NCBI GenBank assembly: GCA_036679645.1
Contig: JAZDCY010000030.1
Span: 1-37,579 of the forward strand
Origin: Gemmatimonadota bacterium
Lineage (GTDB): Bacteria > Gemmatimonadota > Gemmatimonadetes > Gemmatimonadales > GWC2-71-9
Length of the DNA: 37,579 bases
Reading direction: 5' to 3'
The number at the start of each line of letters is the position of its first letter. The first letter of the stretch is position 1. Of this stretch, positions 18,799 through 27,733 are shown piece after piece. The translations under genes were made by a program, and so were the position numbers. Under the pieces are notes generated by a model. The model searched no databases and had not been told where the DNA came from. It saw only the letters and a program-made list of their open reading frames with translations.

Positions 18799-20130
18799 CT
18801 ACCTCGCCAGGACGCCCAGCGTTGCGCCGAGCGATACGATAGTGAGATCGGTCCCGCCCTCGATACGCTGATGCCGGAGAGAGAAATGCGCTCGCATGGC
18901 CGCGGTGACGGGCAGCGACCACCCGAGGAACGCCTCGCCGACGCTACCCGTGGCATCCGGCGCGATGGCGTTGCGGCCGAAGGCTGCCCCGAATGACCAC
19001 TCCGTTCCGCCACCGGGGCGCAGTGTGGCGAGCAGGAGCCCCCGGACGGCTCGCGTGTCCGATACGCCGTCGCTCGACACGAAGAGACGTGGTTGCAGCG
19101 TGATGATCCGACTCGCGCGCAGCGTGAACCCACCCGACGCGAGCCACTCCGTGGGCCGACGAGAGTTGTCGCCGAGCCACACCCCGCCGCTGACCGCCAC
19201 GCGGCTGCCGAGCGCGATCGTCTGCTCGCCGGCGTAGATGCGTTGGGTGCCTGAGGGGAGCGTACGCCAGCCCGCTTCCACCTTGGTCGTGAGACGTCCC
19301 GCCCAGGTGACGAACGCACCGCCCGTGTAGCTCGGGACATTCTCGCCGGCGGTGGCCAGCGCGGGGTTGTCGAGGCTGAGACCGTTGTCGTAGCGCAGCC
19401 AGACCCGCAGGCCAGGTTGCCAGGCTGCAGATAGCTGTGCCAGCCGGAGTCCCATGCGTCCAGTAGGAGCGCCGGCGAAACTCGTGTAGCCACCCCAGAC
19501 AGCCAGCTCCACGGGCGCTGCCGCGAACCGCGTTCCGTCAATGGCGTCGTGCAGCTCGGTTCGTGAAGGATCGAGCGCCAGCGCCCGCTCGAACGTCGCG
19601 CGGCCACGGTGTGCGCGGCCGGCAGCCACGTACGCCTGTCCCAGCGCGATCGTCAGATCGAGATCGTTCGGCTCCGCGGCGACTAGTGAGTCGAATCGAT
19701 CGACCGCGGCGGACGCCTGTCCGCTCCAGAGGGCCACGAACGCGAGTCCCTCGAGCGACTCTCTTGCACCTGGCGACAGTCGCTGCGCGCGCTCGAAACT
19801 GTCACGCGCCCGGTCGTAGCGTCCCTCCCACGCGTAGGCGTACCCGGTTCCGAGATGCGCAGACAAGTTGGTGGGATCCTGGGCGAAGACGGCGCGGAAG
19901 TCCTCATGTGCGCCGTCGTAGTTGTGCTGCCACGAGCGCAGGTGACCTCTCGACAAGCGCGCGGGAATGTCATCGGCGTCGGCCGCCAGGAGACTGTCGT
20001 AGATCGCCTCCGCCGCGGCGAGTTGACCGGCGCGAACGAGAGAGGCTGCGCTGCCTGTCGTTGATTCCTGGGCGGAGACCCGAGTTGCCGTGAGCCCGAT
20101 CAGCACGGCTACGGCGTACGCGATTTTCAT
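18799..20130 (-). CDS. TPR-repeat + outer-membrane beta-barrel protein (YaiO/NfrA/PgaA-like architecture)
   Basis: Signal peptide; about 5 TPR motifs (aa 25-195); C-terminal amphipathic beta-strands; stop 3 nt before the GT2 start. Confidence 0.7.
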   Translation of the reverse strand: MKIAYAVAVLIGLTATRVSAQESTTGSAASLVRAGQLAAAEAIYDSLLAADADDIPARLSRGHLRSWQHNYDGAHEDFRAVFAQDPTNLSAHLGTGYAYAWEGRYDRARDSFERAQRLSPGARESLEGLAFVALWSGQASAAVDRFDSLVAAEPNDLDLTIALGQAYVAAGRAHRGRATFERALALDPSRTELHDAIDGTRFAAAPVELAVWGGYTSFAGAPTGRMGLRLAQLSAAWQPGLRVWLRYDNGLSLDNPALATAGENVPSYTGGAFVTWAGRLTTKVEAGWRTLPSGTQRIYAGEQTIALGSRVAVSGGVWLGDNSRRPTEWLASGGFTLRASRIITLQPRLFVSSDGVSDTRAVRGLLLATLRPGGGTEWSFGAAFGRNAIAPDATGSVGEAFLGWSLPVTAAMRAHFSLRHQRIEGGTDLTIVSLGATLGVLAR

Positions 20131-20170
20131 TTTGCGATTGCCTCTGTTGGCTTTGACCGTCTGCCCAGAG

Positions 20171-20185
20171 GCAATCGATGTGCCC
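20171..20185 (-). promoter_or_regulatory. Putative sigma54 -24/-12 promoter for the TPR-barrel/GT2 operon
   Basis: Minus strand GGGCAC-ATCGA-TTGC, 40 nt upstream of the ATG. Confidence 0.65.
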
Positions 20186-20416
20186 TATGTCACAACTGCC
20201 CAACGCCAGCCGTAGGCGGGTCTGATCGGACCGGAGCGCCACTCGGGAAGTTGTTGTCGGGTAACGATAAAGCGTACTGTGAGGTGTTCGTCCTGCCGTC
20301 GCCGTGGAGGGGGGCTTGGTGGCTCTTTCGAGGAGTCTATTGTGCGCTAAATCACAGCAGCTGCCTCGAAACGGCGCATCAACTGGCGGTCATGCGGAGA
20401 TGCGGTCAGGTGGTGT

Positions 20417-21706
20417 TCAGAGCGCGGTGACTGCCCACCAGACGCCAACCGCGATCATCGCCCACGGGATGACGTAGCGCACCCAGAGATAGAGCGGTCG
20501 CGATCCCAGTTGCTTGATTGCGGCACCTCTTTTCATCGTCCAGCCGACCGTCACGACGGCGGTGAGCGCGCCCAACGTCTGCATGCCCGAGCCGAAAGTC
20601 AGATCCCAGGGGGTGAATACCTGCATGTTGACGGTCGGTGGGAGCGAGAGCGCAAAGACGAGTGCGATGACGCCCCACACCGCCGGTGCGCGCGCCACAG
20701 CGAGGTTGTCCGTGAGGCCCGCGGCGAGCACCTCGAGCGCCGCGATCGCCGAGAGGAGGGCGACGCCAGCCAGGCCGATGAAGAACAAGAGGCCAAACAC
20801 CGCGCCACCGGGCATCTCGGCGAACACACGGGGGAGAGTCGAGAAGAGCAGGCCGGGTCCCGACGTGGGCTCCTGTCCCAGCGCGAACACGGCGGGGAAG
20901 ATCGCCAGTCCCGCGAGCAGTCCCGCGATGGTGTCACCGCCGGCGGTGATCACGGCGTTGATGCGCAAGTTCTCGCGATCGTCGAGGTACGATCCGTAGA
21001 CGACCATGAACGTGCCGCCAATGGCGAGGGAGAACACGGCCTGGCCGAGGGCCGCGGCGGCAGTTGCGGGACGGATCGCGTCGAGGTCGATCTTCAGCAA
21101 GTACCACCGCACTCCTTCCCACGCACCGTCCAGTGTGAGGGACCGCGCAGTGACCAGGAGCAGCGTGATGAAGAGCAGCGGTGTTAGCACCCGGCTGGCT
21201 CGCTCGATTCCGGCCCGCAGGCCGCGCACCATGACGACCCCGCACACAGCGAGCACGGTCGCGGTCATCGCGGCCTGGAGCAGGTATGGTCGGGCGGCGA
21301 ACCCCCGGTCAGGCGGGAGGATACCGGCAGGATCGAGCGTGCCGCCGACCATATGAAGCGACATGGCCAGCGCGTGGAAGAGCACCCAACCGATGACCGC
21401 CGCGTAGTACGCCGTGGCGGCGCTCACTACTACGAAGAAGAACCACCCTATCTGTCGCCCGAACGGGAGCCCACCGCGCTCCAGTGCCCCTACCGTGCCG
21501 CGCCGCGTCTCGCGCCCCAACGACCACTCCGCCGCAAGCGCCGGTATGCCGATCAGCGCCACGATCGCGAGATAGAGCAGGACGAACGCGGCGCCGCCAA
21601 AACGCCCCACCATGTAGGGGAACCGCCAGACGTTTCCCAGCCCGACCGCGACGCCAATCATCGCCATCAGCACGCCAAAGCGGGTTGTGAACGTTTCGCG
21701 CGTCAC
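20417..21706 (-). CDS. Sodium-dependent transporter, NSS/SNF family
   Basis: RETF..RFG, AVGLGNVWRFPY, GGAAF, GQAVFSL, YGSY, GPGLLF motifs; GTG start at 21706. Confidence 0.92.
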   Translation of the reverse strand: MTRETFTTRFGVLMAMIGVAVGLGNVWRFPYMVGRFGGAAFVLLYLAIVALIGIPALAAEWSLGRETRRGTVGALERGGLPFGRQIGWFFFVVVSAATAYYAAVIGWVLFHALAMSLHMVGGTLDPAGILPPDRGFAARPYLLQAAMTATVLAVCGVVMVRGLRAGIERASRVLTPLLFITLLLVTARSLTLDGAWEGVRWYLLKIDLDAIRPATAAAALGQAVFSLAIGGTFMVVYGSYLDDRENLRINAVITAGGDTIAGLLAGLAIFPAVFALGQEPTSGPGLLFSTLPRVFAEMPGGAVFGLLFFIGLAGVALLSAIAALEVLAAGLTDNLAVARAPAVWGVIALVFALSLPPTVNMQVFTPWDLTFGSGMQTLGALTAVVTVGWTMKRGAAIKQLGSRPLYLWVRYVIPWAMIAVGVWWAVTAL

Positions 21707-21807
21707 GGCCGACCAAGATGGGGCCTGCTGAGGCAAAGTGCCAGAAACGTGGCGAGCCGCTGACGGAAGTTGGAGGAGTGCCTGTGCGTGTCTATCTTGC
21801 ACGCGCC

Positions 21808-22320
21808 ATGCACCATTACTTCGCCTACGGGTCCAACATGTTCGTGCAGCGCATCCGGCAGCCGGATCGCGCGCCCTCAGCCGTTCCCGTCTCTACCGCC
21901 AGCCTGCCGGGATATCGGCTCTACTTCCACAAGCGCAGCGTGCGGGACGGATCGGGTAAGTGCAACATCGTGCGGACCCGTCTTCCCGGTGATGAAGTGC
22001 ACGGCGTCCTCTTCGAGATCGCGGCTGGGAACTTAGGTGACCTGGACGCCGCCGAAGGATTGAAGCGCGGCTACGATCGGCGCGAGATCGAGGTACTTGC
22101 GTCCAGCGGCTGGCAGAAGGCGTTCACGTATGTGGCGCAACGCCACTTCGTGGTCCAGGCGCTGCGCCCATATCACTGGTACAAGGATTTCGTCGTTGCC
22201 GGAGCGGAAGAACACGTCCTGCCAAGCACGTATCGCATGGGCCTGCGGGCCGTGCGGAGCGATCCCGATCCGGATTTGAGGAGGGACAGGGCAGCGCGAC
22301 AGATTCTGAGCCTCACCTAG
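21808..22320 (+). CDS. Gamma-glutamylcyclotransferase (AIG2-like) family protein
   Basis: YFAYGSNM, VHGVLFEI, LDAAEG..GY motifs. Confidence 0.85.
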   Translation: MHHYFAYGSNMFVQRIRQPDRAPSAVPVSTASLPGYRLYFHKRSVRDGSGKCNIVRTRLPGDEVHGVLFEIAAGNLGDLDAAEGLKRGYDRREIEVLASSGWQKAFTYVAQRHFVVQALRPYHWYKDFVVAGAEEHVLPSTYRMGLRAVRSDPDPDLRRDRAARQILSLT

Positions 22321-22937
22321 CGGTTCTTGGTCTTCGCGTAATGCCGCCGCGCCTTGGCGCGGTTGCCGCACTCCCGCATGTCACACCAGCGGCGGCTGCG
22401 GTTGCGGCTTTCGTCCAGAAAGAGCCAGTCACACGTTGCCCCCGCGCACTGTTTGACGAGCCGGAGACGTCCGGAGGTCAGTAGATCGACCGCAGCCCTC
22501 GCGACGGCCCAGAGCATCCTGTCAAGGGCCTCGTCGGGCTCGGCGTAGTCGAGTCGGCAACATGCTCCGCCGGGTTGGAGTTGCAGGTGCTCGAGCGCGA
22601 GCCCGAGTTCGTCGTTCAGCACCGCGAGATCGGCCGCCGCCGGCCTCCCACCGGCCGTCACGTTTTCGAATGCCCGGTGGAGTGACTCCCTCAGCGCGCG
22701 GGCGCGGGTCAGCACCTTGGCCGCCCCGCCCGGATTCCGCCGGGCGGTGCCCAGCAGCTTGCGTGCACCGCGCCCGCCGAAGATGCCGGCACCATAGGCC
22801 CACCAAACGAGATCCGGGTACGCCGTCAACCGTTCGTGGGGCCGCTCGGTCCCGCGATCGCCCAGCGTATTCCCAAAGTCGAGCGCCGCATCTCGGGCCA
22901 GATAGGAGAACTCACCGACGGGGCTGGCAGCTTCCAT
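22317..22937 (-). CDS. ABATE + CGNR zinc-finger domain protein (putative transcription regulator)
   Basis: ALDFGNT N-terminus; C-x4-C..FLDESRNRSRRWC.MRECGNRAK; GGGAGA SD. Confidence 0.92.
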   Translation of the reverse strand: MEAASPVGEFSYLARDAALDFGNTLGDRGTERPHERLTAYPDLVWWAYGAGIFGGRGARKLLGTARRNPGGAAKVLTRARALRESLHRAFENVTAGGRPAAADLAVLNDELGLALEHLQLQPGGACCRLDYAEPDEALDRMLWAVARAAVDLLTSGRLRLVKQCAGATCDWLFLDESRNRSRRWCDMRECGNRAKARRHYAKTKNR

Positions 22938-22952
22938 GATCTCCCGCGTGAC

Positions 22953-23031
22953 TAACCGCTGTAATGCTCATTGACAGGTTAAGTTGTGACGCAGATCATA
23001 TAACCACTGTCTGCTACAATAGTGGTTATAT
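22953..23031. promoter_or_regulatory. Two TAACC-N19/N18-GGTTA inverted-repeat boxes; the second is a perfect 11-bp IR enclosing an extended -10 (TGcTACAAT)
   Basis: TAACC 22953-57 / GGTTA 22977-81; ATATAACCACT 22998-23008 / AGTGGTTATAT 23021-31. Confidence 0.7.
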
Positions 23032-23199
23032 CACATGCCGCAACCCCGACGATCGATAGGGCCTTCATGGGTTCTCACTGCAACGCTCGCGGCGGGGCGA
23101 ACGTCTGTGTCCGTACGGGGTCTTGAATAAGGGGTGGATAAGGTGGCCGCTGTGCGCGGCCGTAGCTATCGTAGCGGGGCCCGCACGGAGACGAGGCCG

Positions 23200-26082
23200 T
23201 TGGCCGACGACATAAGCCGCCTGAATGCCGCCCTCGAAGGACGATACGCGATCGACCGTGAGATCGGTCGCGGTGGAGCCGCGTCGGTCTACCTGGCTGA
23301 GGACCTGCGCCACGGGCGCAAGGTCGCCATCAAGGTGTTGCGCCCCGAGGTCGCCGCACAGATAGGAGCAGACCGGTTCCTGCGCGAGATCAAGATCGCG
23401 GCCCAGCTCCATCACTCACACATCCTCCCGCTGCACGATTCCGGCAATGCCGACGGCGTCTTGTACTACGTGATGCCGTACATCGAGGGGCTTTCGTTGC
23501 GCGGACGTCTTGCGGAGGAAGGACGCCTGGGGGTAGCCGAGGCAGTACGGATGCTGCGCGACGTGGTGGACGCGCTCGACCATGCCCATCAGCGCGGCGT
23601 CGTGCACCGGGACATCAAGCCCGAGAACGTCCTGCTCTCGGGGCGAGATGCATGGGTCACCGATTTTGGCATTGCCAAGGTGTACATCGCCACGAGCGAA
23701 CGGCCGCACGACAGCACCGCCGGGATGGCTCTTGGCACGCCGGCATACATGTCACCCGAACAGGCATCGGCAGACCCTCACATCGATCATCGTGCCGACA
23801 TCTATGCACTCGGTGTGCTCGGGTACGAGCTTCTGACCGGCACGCCGCCCTTTACCGGTCGCACGCCACGCCAGATTCTGGCGGCACACCTCACGGAGAT
23901 TCCGGAGCCGATCCAGGACCGGCGACCGGACGTGCCGAAGACTCTCGCGGCCATTCTCGAGCGATGTCTCGCCAAGGAACCGGCGGATCGGTGGCAGAGC
24001 GCGGCGGAGTTGATGCAGTACTTGGAGAGCCACGTAACACCCGATGGCACGACGCCGCAGGACACGAGGCCCATCGCACCGGTGTCGCTGCCGCGCCGGG
24101 GCCGCACGCTAGCGCTTGCAGCGGTGGGTGCGCTGGCACTCGTCGCGGCGTTCTTTGCGCTCAGGGCACCGGCGGCGGCACTCGACGCCAACCTGCTGGC
24201 CGTTGCCCCGTTCGACGTTCTCGTGCCGGCGCAGGAACTGTGGCGAGAGGGGATGGTGGACGTCCTCTCGGCGAGTCTCGACGGTGCGGGACCGTTGCGC
24301 AGCGTGTCGCCATCGGTGGTCATCAGCCGGTGGGACGGACGGGCCGATCCCGCATCCGCGCAGCGGCTAGGGCGTGATCTCGGAGCCGGCCTCGTTGTCT
24401 ACGGTCGCATCATTGGTACCGGTGAAGACTCGATTCGGCTGGCGGCGTCTCTCTACGATGTGGCTGGCCGGAACGTGATCAGCGAGGTCGAGCTACGCGA
24501 TCAGGCGGCCAACATCGATCGGCTCGCCGACTCGCTCGCGGTCCGGCTGATGAGCGACCTCAGCAGCCGGCGTGGGATCGGGTCGGTACAACTCCAGTCG
24601 TTCGGCTCCACCAACCCGGCGGCGCTCAAGGCTTTTCTCCAGGGCGAACATCACTACCGCAGTGCCGGTTGGGATTCGGCGCGCGCCTATTATGCCCGTG
24701 CCATCTACCTGGACCGTTCGTTCGCCCTTGCGTACAGCCGCATGGGGCGGGTGCACGAGTGGCGCAAAGGCGGTGATGGGTCCGTCCCCTACGCGCTCCG
24801 TGCCGGTGCGCTCAATGCGGGGCTCGCACCGCGGGAGAGCCTGCTCATCACTGTTGACTCGATCGATGCCGCCCTTTACGCGTTCACCGGCGACACCACC
24901 GGTTGGTCGCTGTTGGAGCGACTCTTCGGGACGCTCAACTTTGCTACGGATCAGTACCCACTCGATCCCGGTGTCTGGTATCGATTGGGCGAGGCGCGCT
25001 ACCACTGGGGTGCATCGGCGGCGATCTCTGAGCGTATGTCCCTCGCGGCGTTCGAGCGATCGGTGGCGCTCGACTCTAGCTTCGTACCTGCCTACATCCA
25101 CCTCATCGAATTGGCCGCAAAACTGGACGGCGTGACGGCGGGTCAACGCGCCATCGACGCATACCTCGCGCTGCAGCCCGTCGGGCAGCAGCCCCTTGGC
25201 ATTGCGCTCGCGGGTGAGCTGTTGGGCAGCGTGATCTTCACCGGCGAGTCGCTCGACTCCGCGTTGGATGCCCTGTCGGTCGATGCGCTGCGCGCAGCCG
25301 CCGCTGTGACCGCGCGACTTCCGGATTCCCTCGAGGCCGCCATTCGGATCGCCCGCGCCGCGTACCGTCGGGGACCGACCGAAGCCAACCAGCGCAGCCT
25401 TGCATGGACCGTGGCGTTTCACGGCAAGCTGCTGGAAGCGCACGCCCTCGCCGACCCTGCGGACGTTGGCCTGTATACCGAGTTGGCGCTCCTGGGCACG
25501 ATCCCGGTGGACACCGCATCACGCGTTTTGGCCGGCTGGCTATTCGATGGCGAGGGGGAAGGGATCTGGCACGCGCTGTCGTGGTGGGCCACCCACGGCG
25601 AGGCCGCGTCAATCGATCAAGCGATGCGGCTGTGGGATTCGTTGCGACAAAAAGACGGCCTGACGCCGGTCGACACGGCCGAGATCAATCATCTCGTGAA
25701 CACGGCCGCTGCCTATCTGGCGCTCTCGGCTGGTGACACGACGGCGGCGTTGCGCCGGTTCGCTGCCCTCCAGCCGTGGCCGTGGGAGCCCTACTATCGC
25801 GAACGGCTGACCTACGCGCGGCTGCTGGCCGCACAGGGTCGGGACCGCGAAGCCGCCAATCTCCTCGACCAGATTCCGGTTCCCGCGTCCAAGCCGGCAC
25901 GCCCCGGTGAAGTGCTGTGGCAACTCGAGCGGGCACGCGTGAACGAACGGCTTGGGAATACCGATGTTGCCATCTGGTGTTATCGGTTTGTGGCGAACCT
26001 CTGGCATGCGGCCGACGCGTCGCTCCAACCTTTTGTCGACGAGGCCTTACTGGCCCTCCGCCGGCTCACGCGCGACAGCTAG
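23200..26082 (+). CDS. Hanks-type Ser/Thr protein kinase with TM segment, TolB-N-like and TPR domains
   Basis: IGRGGAASVY, VAIKVL, HRDIKPEN, DFG, GTPAYMSPEQ, DIYALG; TTG start after GGAG/GAGG. Confidence 0.93.
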   Translation: MADDISRLNAALEGRYAIDREIGRGGAASVYLAEDLRHGRKVAIKVLRPEVAAQIGADRFLREIKIAAQLHHSHILPLHDSGNADGVLYYVMPYIEGLSLRGRLAEEGRLGVAEAVRMLRDVVDALDHAHQRGVVHRDIKPENVLLSGRDAWVTDFGIAKVYIATSERPHDSTAGMALGTPAYMSPEQASADPHIDHRADIYALGVLGYELLTGTPPFTGRTPRQILAAHLTEIPEPIQDRRPDVPKTLAAILERCLAKEPADRWQSAAELMQYLESHVTPDGTTPQDTRPIAPVSLPRRGRTLALAAVGALALVAAFFALRAPAAALDANLLAVAPFDVLVPAQELWREGMVDVLSASLDGAGPLRSVSPSVVISRWDGRADPASAQRLGRDLGAGLVVYGRIIGTGEDSIRLAASLYDVAGRNVISEVELRDQAANIDRLADSLAVRLMSDLSSRRGIGSVQLQSFGSTNPAALKAFLQGEHHYRSAGWDSARAYYARAIYLDRSFALAYSRMGRVHEWRKGGDGSVPYALRAGALNAGLAPRESLLITVDSIDAALYAFTGDTTGWSLLERLFGTLNFATDQYPLDPGVWYRLGEARYHWGASAAISERMSLAAFERSVALDSSFVPAYIHLIELAAKLDGVTAGQRAIDAYLALQPVGQQPLGIALAGELLGSVIFTGESLDSALDALSVDALRAAAAVTARLPDSLEAAIRIARAAYRRGPTEANQRSLAWTVAFHGKLLEAHALADPADVGLYTELALLGTIPVDTASRVLAGWLFDGEGEGIWHALSWWATHGEAASIDQAMRLWDSLRQKDGLTPVDTAEINHLVNTAAAYLALSAGDTTAALRRFAALQPWPWEPYYRERLTYARLLAAQGRDREAANLLDQIPVPASKPARPGEVLWQLERARVNERLGNTDVAIWCYRFVANLWHAADASLQPFVDEALLALRRLTRDS

Positions 26083-26300
26083 TCAGTCGCCTCGGGGTTT
26101 CTCGGAGCGACCCAGTCCGAGCGGCGCTCGCCCAGGACCCGGCGCAGGAACTCTCGTCGCTCGGCGCTGGCTCGTCGCTCGGCGTCTTGGGTGATCTCGA
26201 CTTGACGTCGTTGTTCGGATCGGCGCTCATCCTCCTCACGACGATCTGCCGCTGCGCGCGCTGGCAGGTGTTCGGTATCGAAGTTGGCATGATCGCTCAT
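26079..26300 (-). CDS. Small protein with repeated [D/E]RR motifs
   Basis: GGAGG SD; 73 aa with DRR, ERR, QRR, ERR, ERR, ERR. Confidence 0.55.
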   Translation of the reverse strand: MSDHANFDTEHLPARAAADRREEDERRSEQRRQVEITQDAERRASAERREFLRRVLGERRSDWVAPRNPEATD

Positions 26301-26387
26301 GGGACGGCGCCTCCGGCCACTGCGGTGAATGTGGCGTGCTAAATAACATGTCTGCGAGGCGGCAGCAAGCGCGCAGGCGTCACGACG

Positions 26388-27470
26388 TCAGGGCTCGTCA
26401 CCCGAGTTGACCGTTTCCTCTTGGAGAAACTGCAGGACCGCAATCTCTTCGCGCCGCAACGCCGCTGTCGGGCGCTCTCTCCTCCGCGCCGGGCTCGGGA
26501 CGGGGCCGGGTATCGGCGCAATGGTCCCGTTGAGATATGCCTCGATGACCACTGGGTGGATGTAGTACTTGCGGCACACGGCGCGCGTGTTCCCCAGTTG
26601 CTGCGACACGACGTCGATCGCGCGCACGATGTTGTGCCGCGCATCCCGTTCATTAGCGGCGGGTCCCAGTTGTCGTAACTCGGTGGCGGCGAGCATAGTC
26701 CCTGCCCATGTGCGGAAGTCTTTTGCCGTGACGTCCCGCCCGGTGATGCTCTTCAGGTACTGGTTCACGTCACCCGATGCAACGGCTTGCCGTCTCCCGT
26801 CGGCGTCGATGTACTGAAACAACTCCTGCCCCGGAAGATCCTGGCACTGCTGAACGACCCGCGCGAGCCGGCGATCGGTGATCGACACCGTTCGCTGAAC
26901 ACCACTCTTCCCACGAAACTGAAACCGCAGAGTTGCACCGGAGACCTGCACGTGGCGTCTACGCATGGTCGTGAGGCCAAAGGAACGATTGTCACGCGCA
27001 TACTCATCGTTGCCCACGCGAATCAGAGTCTTGTCGAGTAGCCGTACGACGGTGGCCAGCACGCGGCGGCGCGTGAGACCGCGTGACGCGAGGTCCCGCT
27101 CGATGCGCTCGCGGATGTGCGGCAACACGTCACTGAACTCGAGAATCCTGCGGAACTTCGATCGGTCGCGCTCGTCGCGGTACAACGGGTGATAGCGGTA
27201 TTGCTTGCGGCCACGCGCATCGCGCGCGGTCGCCTGGATGTGACCGGAAGGATCAGGGCAGATCCACACGTCTGTCCACGCCGGCGGAATGACCAGGGCC
27301 GCTATACGCCTGCGCTCATCCCTATCGGTGATCAGCGAACCGTCGGGACTATAATACGCCCAGCCCCGCCCGGCACCCCGGCGTGTGATGCCGGCCATGC
27401 CGTCGCTGACATAGTTCAAGCCGACAGCGTACGCGGCTTCCCGGTGCTCGTCGGAGCGGGGTGCGGTCAC
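26388..27470 (-). CDS. DNA topoisomerase IB (bacterial, poxvirus-like)
   Basis: IPPAWTDVWI, GRKQYRYH, IRVGN..Y, FRGKSG, KDFRTW, LGNT.AVCRKYYIHP (catalytic Tyr region). Confidence 0.95.
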   Translation of the reverse strand: MTAPRSDEHREAAYAVGLNYVSDGMAGITRRGAGRGWAYYSPDGSLITDRDERRRIAALVIPPAWTDVWICPDPSGHIQATARDARGRKQYRYHPLYRDERDRSKFRRILEFSDVLPHIRERIERDLASRGLTRRRVLATVVRLLDKTLIRVGNDEYARDNRSFGLTTMRRRHVQVSGATLRFQFRGKSGVQRTVSITDRRLARVVQQCQDLPGQELFQYIDADGRRQAVASGDVNQYLKSITGRDVTAKDFRTWAGTMLAATELRQLGPAANERDARHNIVRAIDVVSQQLGNTRAVCRKYYIHPVVIEAYLNGTIAPIPGPVPSPARRRERPTAALRREEIAVLQFLQEETVNSGDEP

Positions 27471-27486
27471 GGCGTCCGCCGGTTGA

Positions 27487-27687
27487 CTAGCGCCGCTTCA
27501 CCACACGTTTCAACGTCTTCTTCGCACGCTTCACCTTCTTTTTCGCCGCACGCTTGACGCGACGCACCGTCTTCTTCGCCCGCTTGGCTACCCGAGTGGC
27601 TTTCCTCTTCACGCGCTTCACCGCCTTCTTTGCCTTCTTCGTCCCGCGACGAACCGCCTTCTTAGCACGTGTCGTTCTTGTTGCCAT
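27487..27687 (-). CDS. Histone H1-like / protamine-like basic miniprotein (66 aa)
   Basis: GGAGGGG SD; 36 of 66 residues K/R, no D/E, AKK/VKR repeats. Confidence 0.8.
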   Translation of the reverse strand: MATRTTRAKKAVRRGTKKAKKAVKRVKRKATRVAKRAKKTVRRVKRAAKKKVKRAKKTLKRVVKRR

Positions 27688-27733
27688 CTGTCCCCTCCGA
27701 GTATGGGTGGCCAGCCTAATGTAGGGTCCCGTG

